Source: Mobula hypostoma (taxonomy: Eukaryota). From it: a stretch of 64,000 nt of DNA. The notes under the pieces were generated by a model. That model was not told the origin of the DNA. It saw only the letters and a program-made list of their open reading frames with translations, and ran no database searches. This document shows, one piece after another, positions 1-10,300 of the stretch. The position numbers and the translations under genes are program-made. The DNA is taken from contig NC_086097.1 in NCBI RefSeq assembly GCF_963921235.1, forward strand, positions 184,638,001-184,702,000, given 5' to 3'. Every line of letters starts with the position of its first letter. Positions within the stretch are counted from its first letter, which is position 1.

Positions 1-240
1 GAAGATGAATGGGCAGTTGTTGCACTTTGGCTGTTTGCAGGGATAAGTGCTGAAAGGGAGTTTTGTGGGGAGTGATGAATGGACAAGTGAATCATGGAGG
101 GAGAGATCCCTGCAGAAAGTGGAGGGGGTGTTTCTAAAAATATGTTTGGTGCAGGATCCCTTTGGAGTTGGCAGAAGTTCGGAAGTTGTGGGATTCCCGA
201 GGATTTGTTGGATCCGGAGGCTCATGGGGTGGTAGGTAAT
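1..240 (-). mobile_element. Decayed Penelope-like element fragment (RT C-terminal/linker region)
   Basis: Matches by eye the Penelope copies at 12770-12970 and 37640-37850 (GGATAAGTGC...GGACAAG...GATCCCTGC...GGATCCGGAGGCT...GGGGTGGTAGGT). Confidence 0.8.
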
Positions 241-565
241 GAACTATTCACAACTTTTTGATTAAGGGAAAATAGGAAGTCTGAGCAGATTCAATAGACT
301 ATGGGATTTGAATCTCTAAAAGGTTTATTAGATTTGCTGGTTTCAGTTAACCAGGGGGAAAACATTTTTGTTTTATCTTAGCTTCTGCTTCAGTGCATTT
401 TTCCATGCCAACTTCCCATGCAAATCCCAAATCAAGGGATTCACTGAATTATTCAAGAACATAATCCAAAAATGAAGAAAATTGTCTTGTTACCTTGTCA
501 TTTAACCATGGAGTGGAATAGTGGCCATAGTGGGAGAAATGAAAATGACTAGCATCTTCACAGTA

Positions 566-742
566 AGTTCAATAGGTACACTTAATGTCAGAGAAATGTA
601 TACAATTTACATCCTGACATTCTTTTTCTTTGCAAACATCCATGAAAACAGAGGAGTGCCTCAAAGAATGAATGATAGTTAAATGCTAGAACCCCTAATT
701 TCCCACCCAGCTCCTCCCTCGCACACACAAGCAGCAGCAAGG
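566..742 (-). mobile_element. Short SINE/LINE 3' fragment inserted in the provirus
   Basis: Flanked by CAGTA at 561-565 and 743-747. Begins with AGTTCAA, a reverse TTGAACT-type tail like the one at 3913-3922. Confidence 0.5.
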
Positions 743-760
743 CAGTATGTTCATATAGTT

Positions 761-914
761 CAAACAAGAGAAAGTCTGCAGATGCTGGAAATCCAGAGCA
801 AAACACACAAAATGCTAGAGGAACCCAGAAGGTCAGGTAGCATCTATGGAAAAGAGTAAACAGTCAACATTTCAGGCCAAGACCATTCATCAGGAATGCT
901 GAGTCCTAATGTGG
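761..914 (-). mobile_element. Penelope terminal (pLTR) mini-insertion with degenerate hammerhead
   Basis: 14-bp TSD ATGTTCATATAGTT (747-760, 915-928). Contains CTGATGA...GAAA on the minus strand (862-897) and the CAGCATCTGCAG terminus. Confidence 0.85.
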
Positions 915-1474
915 ATGTTCATATAGTTGTTGGTCATAAAGGGAAAGTGCAATAAGATATTTGTCTAATGCAGAAGTCTTCATTGAAAAAACAGGATTTT
1001 TCACAATTTCTAGCCTCATGGGTTCAATGTCATGTTCCCATGAGCGTGATCATTCAATGATAATACAGTGACTTTATTTTTCTTCAGGAGTAGAGAGAAC
1101 CATGTCAAAGGATTCCTCTATTAGTTTACCTTCAATATCTGGGCTGGAATCTTTCAGTTTTGTTAAGGTGTTATTAATCATTTCTACAAGTGTGCATCTG
1201 TTTTCTCAATTGGTACTTTATTTACAAACAGTTGCACTTCAGGGACAAGAGGAGCCTACTTTGCCTCTAAGGTAGACCAACTTCACCAGACCTCTCATAA
1301 TTTCTCAATTCCTTTGCTCCACAATGCTGCTCGATTGCAGCTGGAATGGAGAGCTGTTTGTTCACACATGGCTTGAATACCTTTACCACCGAAGGAAGAC
1401 CATCAGTCAGCATGTAGGCAGGCAGGTGTGCATGGAGTGCTGTGGTGGTTGCAGTCTTCCGACAGGAAATCATG

Positions 1475-1900
1475 GAGAGTAACCATGTATATCCTGTACA
1501 AAGTTATCACAAGTATACACTTACTAGTTTTGACAAGGTGGGTTGCCTTGGTATGTCAGAAATAGGTCTATATAATTAATTTGCTACATCTGCATTGGTG
1601 CAGTTGATTTTATTGGTCTTATAGGAGGTGGTCTTGTGACTGTTTCTTTATAATAACCCAGACATACTTTACAATTTGAAGCAAATTGCTTACAATCACC
1701 CAACATGTAAGGCCAGCAGAATAACATGGCTAATTTCACATAAGTGGTTCGTCTGCCACCATGATTGTGTCTGAATCCTTGATGGGTTCTCAAATCAGTG
1801 CTTCCCCCTTGTGGAAAGGAGGTATCTTATCTTTTTCAGGGTGGCAGACCCAAACTTTACCTCCACCATCAGCTTCATGTTTGTACCATGCTGGAAATTA
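1475..1900 (-). pseudogene. pol: Foamy-like integrase, N-terminal part (HHCC zinc-binding domain and start of core)
   Basis: ORF 1584-1793 gives HQGFRHNHGGRRTT..KL..LFCWPYM..DC...ASNCKVC, then M*QINYI and CTGYTWLL (foamy: FIDYIGP...MTGFTWLYP). The sequence breaks off before the second catalytic Asp. Confidence 0.85.
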
Positions 1901-2019
1901 TTTGGAATTCGGTTTAGTCATATCTAGGAGAATTCTTAAAACATCATCCTGGTTATTTTTTATTTGTTACTTAGTTACTACCAAAGCTCTGTCACCCTTA
2001 CTGTAGTAAGATTCATTCT

Positions 2020-2440
2020 GATAAGTTGCTTTACTTGTTTATTATCTTCTGTAAATAAGAGGCCTACAGTAGGTCCTGGGATGTGTAACACCTGGACGAA
2101 TGGTCTAGTCAATAATAATTTATAAATATTCTTCCACGTGGATAAATGTGGAAACAGTTTACTTCTGTGTGTTCTCTATCCAGTAGTTGACCAGATAGGA
2201 AGAACACTTTCTACCACATTCCTAACATAATTAGAGTCAGCACTGGTTCTGTTGTATGTAGGGCTTTAGCCTCTGAAATTTGAGCTGTATGATTTCCTAC
2301 AGAATGCACTTTCAACTCATGTGGTTCAAATTCAGTTTCTGATATAAAAAAAAGATTTTACTCTTATAATCAGGAGCAGGGATTATAATTGATTGGATCC
2401 CTCTTTCTGGACTTTGATTGCTGATCCATCACAATGCTGT
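2020..2440 (-). pseudogene. pol: Foamy-like RNase H
   Basis: CDGSAIK (2412-2433), GNHTAQISEA (about 2270-2298), and SADSNYVRNVVESVLPIWSTTG...HLSTWKNI. These parallel foamy YTDGSAIK / GNHTAQMAE / TDSFYVAESANKELPYWKSNG...HISKWKSI. Confidence 0.88.
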
Positions 2441-2689
2441 GTTTGTTGCTGCATTAAGTAATGGAGTGATAGTTCTGCATCTTCCATGATAGGTATTTCT
2501 CAGGAACCTACTCCCATTTTAATGTGTTGTCTTGTAAAAATATTTGCATTTCTCATATCTAGTTATGGTAGCTCTCCATTCATTTGTTGGTAATTTGCTA
2601 TCAATTTTCAAACACTTGTTATGATAAAGTTTGTATAATAATTGGTTTCTCCCCTTGCAGTGGCTTTACTGTAATAAGTGTATGGAACA

Positions 2690-3382
2690 TCACTCTAAGG
2701 CAGTAAATTTCTGTTCTGTTGGGATGAAATTTTATAACGTCTAGTGTATGGAGTTTATGTTTCTTCTCCCTCATTATAGCAGTAAGCTACAGTGGTGTTT
2801 GAAGAACTAGGAATTCACAGAACAAGAGACTTTGTCGGATCTCTTGTTTGGAGGTCTATTGCTTATTGAATAACATTCATCAATTTCTCTAGTGTCTCAT
2901 AATCTTCTGCAGTTAAAAACTAACTACATTTTTCCAGTGTTATATAACAGTTTTAACAATTGAATATAGTCAAGTATGAAAGCGCTAGCATAATTCAATA
3001 AGTCTTGGTTGATTGTAAGGCTTTTACAGTCTTTTGGATTTTCCACTCATGATTTTTTTTGTGTCTAAATTCAGGAGTTAAACCACATCCCTGATCAGTA
3101 ACCGTCACACACCTAGGTAATTTACTTTTGTATGACAGAACTGAGACTTTTTAATGTTAATTACATAGCCTGTCTGTCACTTTCAAGAAGTGGATGTGAC
3201 CAGAAGTCTTTGGCTAGCTCTATGCAAGATTTATACACTTTTGCAAATCATTCCTTGCAGCATTAGTTGTTATACCTGTTGCTGAATCAAAATGGCATTT
3301 TGCCAGAAATACGAGATTTAGCCTGTGGAAATGTGAGACTAGGAATGCCTGTATCCTACTTGTCAAATGGAGCATTTTTCAT
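2690..3382 (-). pseudogene. pol: Foamy-like protease + reverse transcriptase remnants, with two internal deletions
   Basis: ATG at 3382. CHFDSATGIT at about 3270-3298 (foamy HWDSGATIT). YKSCIELAKDFWSHPL at about 3187-3236 (foamy YKTTLDLANGFWAHPI). Then GYVINIKKS..VNYLG, QGCGLTPEF, LLNYASAFI and FIPTEQKFTALE. The YxDD segment is absent. Confidence 0.88.
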
Positions 3383-3912
3383 GAATTGTTGCTGAAATTC
3401 TGTGCAGATTTTAACGTTCCCCTTCTTTACGTTTGGCTTTCCTGAGCTGCAGGGGAGGGAGTGGATGTTTGGGATGGATCCTGTCCCTTTGTATATTTAG
3501 AGGGTGGAGGATGAGGTGGGCCTTGGGGTGTGTGTTCAGTTTCATCCTCTTCTCCGTAATATCAATTGGGCCTCTGAATGTTCCCTCTGCCCCGAAAGGA
3601 GTATCTTGGTCTAAGAGTTTCTCCCATAAAGAAAGGAATGAAGCTCAAGGCTGTGGCTTATATCCTGTATCTAGCCATCTAGGATGTGGGTCAATACCTA
3701 TTCCAAAGGCAGGTGGTCTCCAGGAACTTGCTTAGTTGATTGATTACATCTTCCTTGCTGAGGGGTGGTGTAGAAGAGCACTGTGAATGCAATCAACCGA
3801 AGCAATAAGTTCAATTTGATGACTTTGTTACTGACCTTGCATGCCCTTTAGAGGGAATAGGGGAGGGCCCTATGCTGGCACTTCATTGCCATTGTGTGGG
3901 AACAAGCAATAA

Positions 3913-4485
3913 TCAAGTTCAAATGTCACTCAACCATACATGAATACCCAAGAATACAGCCAAATGAAAAGTTACTCCGGGCCAAGGTGAAAAACACAGG
4001 ACCAACAATCATACACATCATAAGACACATATAGCACATGTAAGATAGCAAGTACAGATGAGATATCAGTAAATACAGTCACACAAAAACTATATAGTCC
4101 AGGATCTTAAGTTCATGAATGTTACAGCAATCTGCAATTGAACACAATATGGCTTGTCTTCTACAGAGCGAACACCGGGGGCAGCACCGACCCCAGCTTG
4201 GATGCCGCACCACACAGGCTCCGCTGCAGCGTGCTGAATCCGATGCCTCTCTCCTGGGCAGCTCTCAGGCAACGCTGAGGCTTGAGACGTAGTCCTCACT
4301 ACGACCGAGGCCACGCGTCTCTCCCCGCCATCCACCAACAAATCAGTGATTTGGACTTGCAGCAGTCCACATTAACAATGTCGAACAGGGCCTTGGGGTC
4401 ACAAGAAAAGCAACGAAGATGATCACGCTGTTAGACTGCACTCTGCCTTCAGGCACTGGCTACTTATTTGCAGGAAGCAGCACGA
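3913..4485 (-). mobile_element. Non-autonomous retroposon (SINE-like) inserted in gag
   Basis: Reverse TTGAACTTGA tail at the left end. The body is GC/CpG-richer than the AT-rich provirus. Boundaries are approximate. Confidence 0.55.
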
Positions 4486-5200
4486 TCTACCCCTGTTGTT
4501 TCTCTGTTAATGAGAAACTTGGTGATGGGTTAGATTTGCAGTACTTGAAGTTAATCCTGCTACCATCATGTGGGTGCATAGGATTTCTTCAACAACCTGA
4601 AATCGTTCATGTATCAGGTGTTGATTAAGGACTATTCTGCACATAGTGCAGAGGTTTTCACCACAATAAAGGGGGTAACATTACAGAATGAACTAGATCC
4701 CAGTCTGCCCTTGCAATTTGTTCTCTGAATTCTGTTATAAAGCTTTTCAGAGCTACATCCACTGAGTACATCTCCAGCATTTATTTGTTTAGAAACCCAC
4801 ACATATATCTGATATAGATTTCCTCCCTCATGTGGAGGTGGTAACAATGCTATGACAAAAAAAAATCATAAATAAGAATTGCTGAATATGTTGGGGAGAA
4901 TGACTGGCCCAGAAAGGCTGTAACCTCACACCATTGTGAAGCAACCACTCCAGAATTCCCTCAGCATCTGCTGGAGGTGTTTTGCATACTGCTTCAAACC
5001 CTGAAAAGTCAAAGGTCCAAAACTTCTTGGGAAGGTTGTACTGTGGAAGCTGCAGTGGGTTCCTGTACAGGAACCTGTGCTGTCATCCTCCCTTACTGGT
5101 GGTAGTCAATCTTTTTCGTAATTCTATTGCATGTTCCTAAGCACCTGTTCTCCAGGCTTCATTAGTATCTCTAGGGTTTACTGGTGTGGATGCTACTTAC

Positions 5201-5462
5201 TCAGATACAGCATGGAGTAGGCCCTTCTGACCCTCCAAGCGTCACAGCACAGCAACCTTCAGATTTAATCTTAGCCTAAACACAGGACAATGTTCAATGA
5301 TCAATTGGTATGTCTTTGGATTTTGGGAGGAAACTGGAGCACCCAAAGGAAACCCACACCATGGTGGGGAAAATGTTCAAACTCTTTACAGGCAGTGTCG
5401 GGAGTAGAACCCAGATCACCTGTACTGTAAAGTGTTGTGCTAACCACTATGCTACCATACCT
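5201..5462 (-). mobile_element. tRNA-derived V-SINE (HE1-like)
   Basis: Minus strand reads GGTAGCATAGTGGTTAGCAC (A box), GGGTTCTACTCC (B box), V-core GTGGGTTTCCTTTGGGTGCTCCAGTTTCCTCCC, then a CR1-like tail. Confidence 0.8.
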
Positions 5463-5599
5463 GCCATGTGTGCCTGATAGGAATACATGATATCACCATG
5501 CGTCATACTTAAGATAAGGGTCACCAGATTCTATCACAGAAGCATGTGGTCCCCACCGGAGTGCTTGAATTCTACCTAAACAGAGGTCAATTTATTGTG

Positions 5600-5740
5600 G
5601 GAAACATTAAGTCCTGACGAAGGGTCTGGGCCTGAAACTTAGACTGTACCTCTTCCTAGAGATGCTGCCTGGCCTGCTGTATTCACCAGCAACTTTGATG
5701 TGTGTTGCTTGAATTTCCAGCATCTGCAGAATTCCTGTTT
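5600..5740 (+). mobile_element. Penelope terminal mini-insertion (hammerhead + 3' end only)
   Basis: 13-bp TSD TCAATTTATTGTG (5587-5599, 5741-5753). The body is nearly identical to 15226-15355. Confidence 0.9.
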
Positions 5741-6132
5741 TCAATTTATTGTGTCCAGGCATGAATTATTGCTCCACTGTTGGGGTCTGGTACAAATTGT
5801 GACAGTGAGTCCAGCAGGTCATGTTGCAGGGTCTGGCCTGTTTAATCTACACCCCAATGTTCTATCCCTTCCTCATTCCAGTCTCTGACCTGAAGAATAA
5901 AATATCCATTGTGTTCAATTTGAGGAGCAGTCAGGATATTATCCCATATTTCTGATATATAATTAACACATTTATAATATTGACCAGTATTTGCCTGTGC
6001 AACTTCTGGAAACCAGAATGTCAACCATTTCATGGTACTAGTTGAGAGCACTTGTTGAGAGCTCTCTGAGTTGTATTACTGCTAAATAATAATAATAATA
6101 ATTCCTTCTAATATAATACTTTTGGTATAATG

Positions 6133-6150
6133 TGACCACATCAGGTGCCA
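6133..6150 (-). promoter_or_regulatory. Degenerate tRNA-Lys1,2 primer-binding site
   Basis: Minus strand TGGCACCTGATGTGGTCA versus the Lys1,2 PBS TGGCGCCCAACGTGGGGC: 11/18 identical, and two of the differences are CpG transitions. It lies just 3' of ...CCTTCA and just 5' of gag. Confidence 0.6.
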
Positions 6151-7330
6151 ACTATGAAGGTACCGGCTTGGCTGACCGGGAAGTTCTAAACTCAAATGCA
6201 GACCTAAGGACTATCAGATATAAATAGCCACAAGTAATCTTACTGAAGGGAACTACCCAATCTTCCAAGACTAGTTTATTTTCCTGTTTGTTCCCCACAA
6301 TGAGGTTTAGCTGCCAATACCCATTATTCAATTGGTAAGACCCCCTCTCTACCGGGGAGAAGGTACTTCCAGCTAACAAAATAGTTTAAAACACAGTTCA
6401 TTTATTTACAGAGACATACGTTTAAATCCACACATTCTTAAGACACATTTAAGACTCACAGAGGATTTTGATCTTAAACATTTGCCAATTAAAAACCATT
6501 TCTAAAACACAAGCCATTTCCTAAACATAAAGCATTTCTTATACATAAAGAATTAAGAATTTCTTAAACTCAGTGGATAAAAGATTTCCAAACCACATGT
6601 ACAATTCCTGTAATCTAAAAAGATACATGCCAGATGTGGATTAATAAGTCATCCATTGCAGCAATTGAAGCTGGAGGTATGAATTCTTGTTCACCCCATG
6701 TTTTTTGCATATTTCTTCTTGATGTTCCTAAGCCCATTCCTAATAAGCCTGAACTGTTTTCTAAATTTATACCCTTTTTTCTCCCACATGGATCATATCA
6801 CATGTATATGATATATCCTCAGAAATGCTTGTGACACAAATGTTTTAAAGGCTTTCTGAAGACAGTCTGTAGATCTTAACTAGCTTCCATTAATGCTGTA
6901 ATGATAACTTCTCTGAGTACAAAAAACTATCATGATAACTTCTCTGAGTATAAAAAACTATAAACACATCAGTTATTGTAAGACTAAATGATACTATCCA
7001 TCTGTTCTGCAATCTTCCTTGAACTAAGCAACTTAAGAGTCAGCTTGCCTATTTGAAACAACCAAATTAAACAATCCATACTGCATCTTGAGCATCAATA
7101 AAGCAGGTGTATTGAGTTAGCATCTGCTTAAAAAAAACAGATGGGGGGGCTGTATGGTTATATAGAGAGCTTGTTTGCAAAGCTGATCCAAAGGCAATAA
7201 TTATTTTTAACTTCAAACTGATTACAGCTTTCCATTTACATTTTAAGTACTGTAGAATTGCTCCCATTTATGACCAGAAGTTAAACAGCAGTTAGTCAGA
7301 TGTTGACTTTCAACTGTTATGGATTTTGCA
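6151..7330 (-). repeat. Putative 5' LTR of the foamy-like provirus (outer boundary uncertain)
   Basis: Directly upstream of the PBS. Minus-strand TATATAA at about 7158-7164, AATAAA at 6401-6406 and 6275-6280, and a 31-bp tandem duplication at 6901-6961. No second LTR is in the window to confirm it. Confidence 0.45.
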
Positions 7331-10300
7331 AGTGGTAGCTGCTATGTATGTAGAAAGCAAACTTAGCAAACATGAGACAAGAAGATGCAGGACAAGTGAT
7401 GTTTTAAACATCCTTGTCAGTAATACCAGTGTAGAATATTCAGATATTGGTCTACAAGTGCTAAGTTATTTCAGGAACAATAGCTTTACAGTTATAATAT
7501 ATTGGGGAGAAATGCCAAATGATGCAGGAAGACATGCAAATGTTTTGACCATAGTTGTGATGAACATTTATGATTTTGAGCACTATCAAGTGACATTGAT
7601 ATAAATTAGTTCTGCAAGTATGTTCATTCATTTTCTTATATTGGAAAATGATGGAATTTCACCAAATGTAAATGTACAGATAATTATACATTTTTCCATA
7701 TTCCACTTTATTCTACTCAAAGCCCTTACTTACATAAATCCCCATTTCATTTATAACTATCGGTATTAGGCAATGTAAGCAAATGCTCAATTCTCAGGCA
7801 ATTGTCATAATGTGGAATACCTTTGCAGATCAAACGGTATGTTTGGAAACAAGTGATGAAACTAAATATCCCTCAATAAGAGGGTGATGATTATAACAAA
7901 AACAGACCGCATGATAAGTGCTTGCTATTTCCTTTCCATGATTGTAACACCTAGCTGGAATTCTCCATTTAACTAGACGTACTAACAGGAGGTGGGGAAG
8001 CGGCCTGCATCAGTTAAAACTGGTTAAAATGAGTGGTAAATCACTGAGGAAATCCTGATGGATGTCATAAACAGGAGATAACTGGACCAAGCACGGAAGT
8101 ACTGCAGCAGTAGAGAATCAGAAACCGCTTGTTGTAGTCTGAGAGGTTCACCTGCTGATACATACATACAGATAATTCAAAAGTGTGGTGTGATATATAT
8201 CTGTGATTCCATAACATTGGAAGAGTCATTAGGGACGGGGAGTACATTCTGAACTTGTTAGCAGAGCTCACATCTTGTGAATGATTTTTTTAAAAACTGC
8301 CTTGACCTAATACAAACGTAGTTGCTAGGTTCTGAGGTGGATGACTTAATGTTATGGCACATCCCGTTGCATTAGGTGTCTTGACCTGCAAGTCAAATTG
8401 CAGCTGCTGGAAATCAGAAATAAATGTAGAAAATACTGCAAACATCCAGCAAACCAGGCAGCAACTGCAGAGTTAGTGTTTCTGGTTAGAAACCCCTCGT
8501 CAGTTAACTTGATTCCTCTTTCCTAATCTGTTCAGTGTTTCCACTGTTCTCTGTTTTTACCTCTTGGTTTTTGAGTTCCCTAGTTCCGGGATTGTTTCTC
8601 CCAGACAAACAGCATTATCAGTCATTATCATTCCTGCCACTTCCTTGATTCTGCCTTCTGTCTTGTCTTGCCTATCACTGCCTATGTAAATCAAATACAA
8701 TCAATGATACAGACCCACAGGCTGAGAGGATTCACCATCACACCACCCCACATCACTTGCAAATGGAAGAGGTATTTTGAAAGGGACCGTATTCCATGCT
8801 CAAGAAACTAGGGTTTCTATGTTGGTGTCTGTGTGGGGGAAAGGCTTCCTTTGAAGCTTTATTCCAGGAGATACGTTGTACTAGTTATGTACTGTATTTG
8901 TTCGATGACCTCTTACAAACTTTCCTACAGGATACTGTAGCTAATGAACTCCACCTGAGCCAACATTTATAGCACACTGTTGGCACATCTAATAATAAGG
9001 AAATAAAAACTTGCATTTATATAGCTTCTTAAATATCCTTGGGTCATTCCTAATACTCCTTATAGCTAATGAAATACTTTTAAGGTGCATTCATTCTTGT
9101 AGTAGAATCTGAATACTGAATTAATATTAGTGAGGACCAGGGATAACTTTCATGCTCTTTTAGTTGAATTTTTTACTTTCAGTTGCAGACAGGGCTTTGA
9201 TTTGGCATCCTACTCAATAGGCAGTACCACCTATAATGCAGCACTCTCTCAATATAATATTGAATTTCAGCTTACGTAGATTCGTGCCCTTGTAGCTGAA
9301 GGGTGGCATTTGAACCGACAGCATTTTGATTCAAAGTTCACCTAGAAGAAAGCTACAGCTGACAATTGTATTGCAAGATTAGATGCACTGGGGATTGTTA
9401 CATTGCCATCTGATACACCCCAAAGTGACACAATCATGTTCTGGTGAGATTCCTTTGCATACTTCAGAATCTCCTGAAAGACTATGTTATCGAGCTACGT
9501 TCCTGCGTTCTTTAATCAAAATGCTGATGATGCTGGAACTCTGAAATTAAAACACAAATGTAGAAATACTCCAGAGATTAACAGAGATAAAATTTCAGAT
9601 AATAACCTTTCATCATAAGGATCTGGTGAAAAGATATCAATGTGAAATATTAATTCTTTTACACACAAAAAATACTTGCTGAGTGCCAGGAAAGTTTCCA
9701 GTATTCCTTTTTAATTTTATTACCGACATTTCAGTCAGTTACTGAATAATTTGGGAAGCCAAATGATATTTGATCTTAAATATTGAGTTGATGGCTCTTC
9801 TCACTCACTCTCCCCATTAATTTCCGATGCCTAAGTATTTTATTTCTCATAATTTTAGTCTAACGTTTGGAAGTGAATTCTTTGATCTTACCTGACTATT
9901 TCAGATTAACTTTCCATTTTAAAAAGTGCAAGAGACAAGAGACTGAAATTAAAATGACATCTAGAGTAGGTGTAATGACTTGTAGACCAGATGAAATGAT
10001 TATATTTAACTCAGTAACATTAAGGAACATACAGAGATGAAAGCCAGGGTGCATGATCTGGAGCATTCATGACTAGCATTTGTAAGCAATGTGAGACCAA
10101 GACCATCAAAGCAGAGATCACTGAACCTTTGCTGGCACTCTTTCAATACACAGAGTGTTCCAGATATAACATTCACACTGCATACTGCCCCTTTCCATCA
10201 TTGTTCTACTGCTATTCTTGTGAGCCTCTGGCAATGTATTGAAGACCAGCATCTCCTATCCATCACTGCATTCATGAGAATTTATTGCCGAATTTGAAGA

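Larger units (their letters stand above)
248..1470 (-). pseudogene. Decayed ORF of unknown function 3' of the truncated integrase (accessory-gene or env-position ORF)
   Basis: Long reading frame with sparse stops explainable as CGA>TGA and CAA/CAG>TAA/TAG: ...LHAD*WSSFGGKGIQAMCEQ...APLVPEVQLFVNKVPIEK / VEMINNTLTKLKDSSPDIEGKL...LYDQQLYEH / YCEDASHFHFSHYGHYSTPWL...YFPLIKKL*. Interrupted by insertions at 566-742 and 761-914. Confidence 0.5.
3379..6050 (-). pseudogene. gag: Foamy-like gag, interrupted by three insertions
   Basis: EAVCKTPPADAEGILEWLLHNGVRLQPFW (about 4905-4996) resembles foamy capsid [29 protein letters not shown]. The C-terminal RYSFRGRGNIQRPN*YYG is followed by a Pro/Ser-rich tail. 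No Cys-His box was seen. The start position is approximate. Confidence 0.75.
248..7330 (-). mobile_element. Endogenous foamy-like (spumaretroviral) provirus, degraded and internally deleted; the 3' part is interrupted near the window start and no 3' LTR is seen
   Basis: Minus-strand order: putative LTR, PBS, gag (TPPADAEGILEWL, RYSFRG...RPN*YYG), PR (CHFDSATGIT), RT (YKSCIELAKDFWSHPL; TGYVINIKKS...VNYLG; LLNYASAFI), RNase H (CDGSAIK, GNHTAQISEA, DSNYV), IN (HHCC, TGYTWLL). Each resembles the prototype foamy virus motif. Confidence 0.88.

Noticed and set aside
5380..5462. tRNA-like A/B boxes
   Set aside because: SINE head, not a tRNA gene; no complete cloverleaf.
6901..6961. 31-bp direct repeat
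   Set aside because: Simple two-copy tandem duplication with no spacer; not CRISPR-like, and the sequence is eukaryotic.
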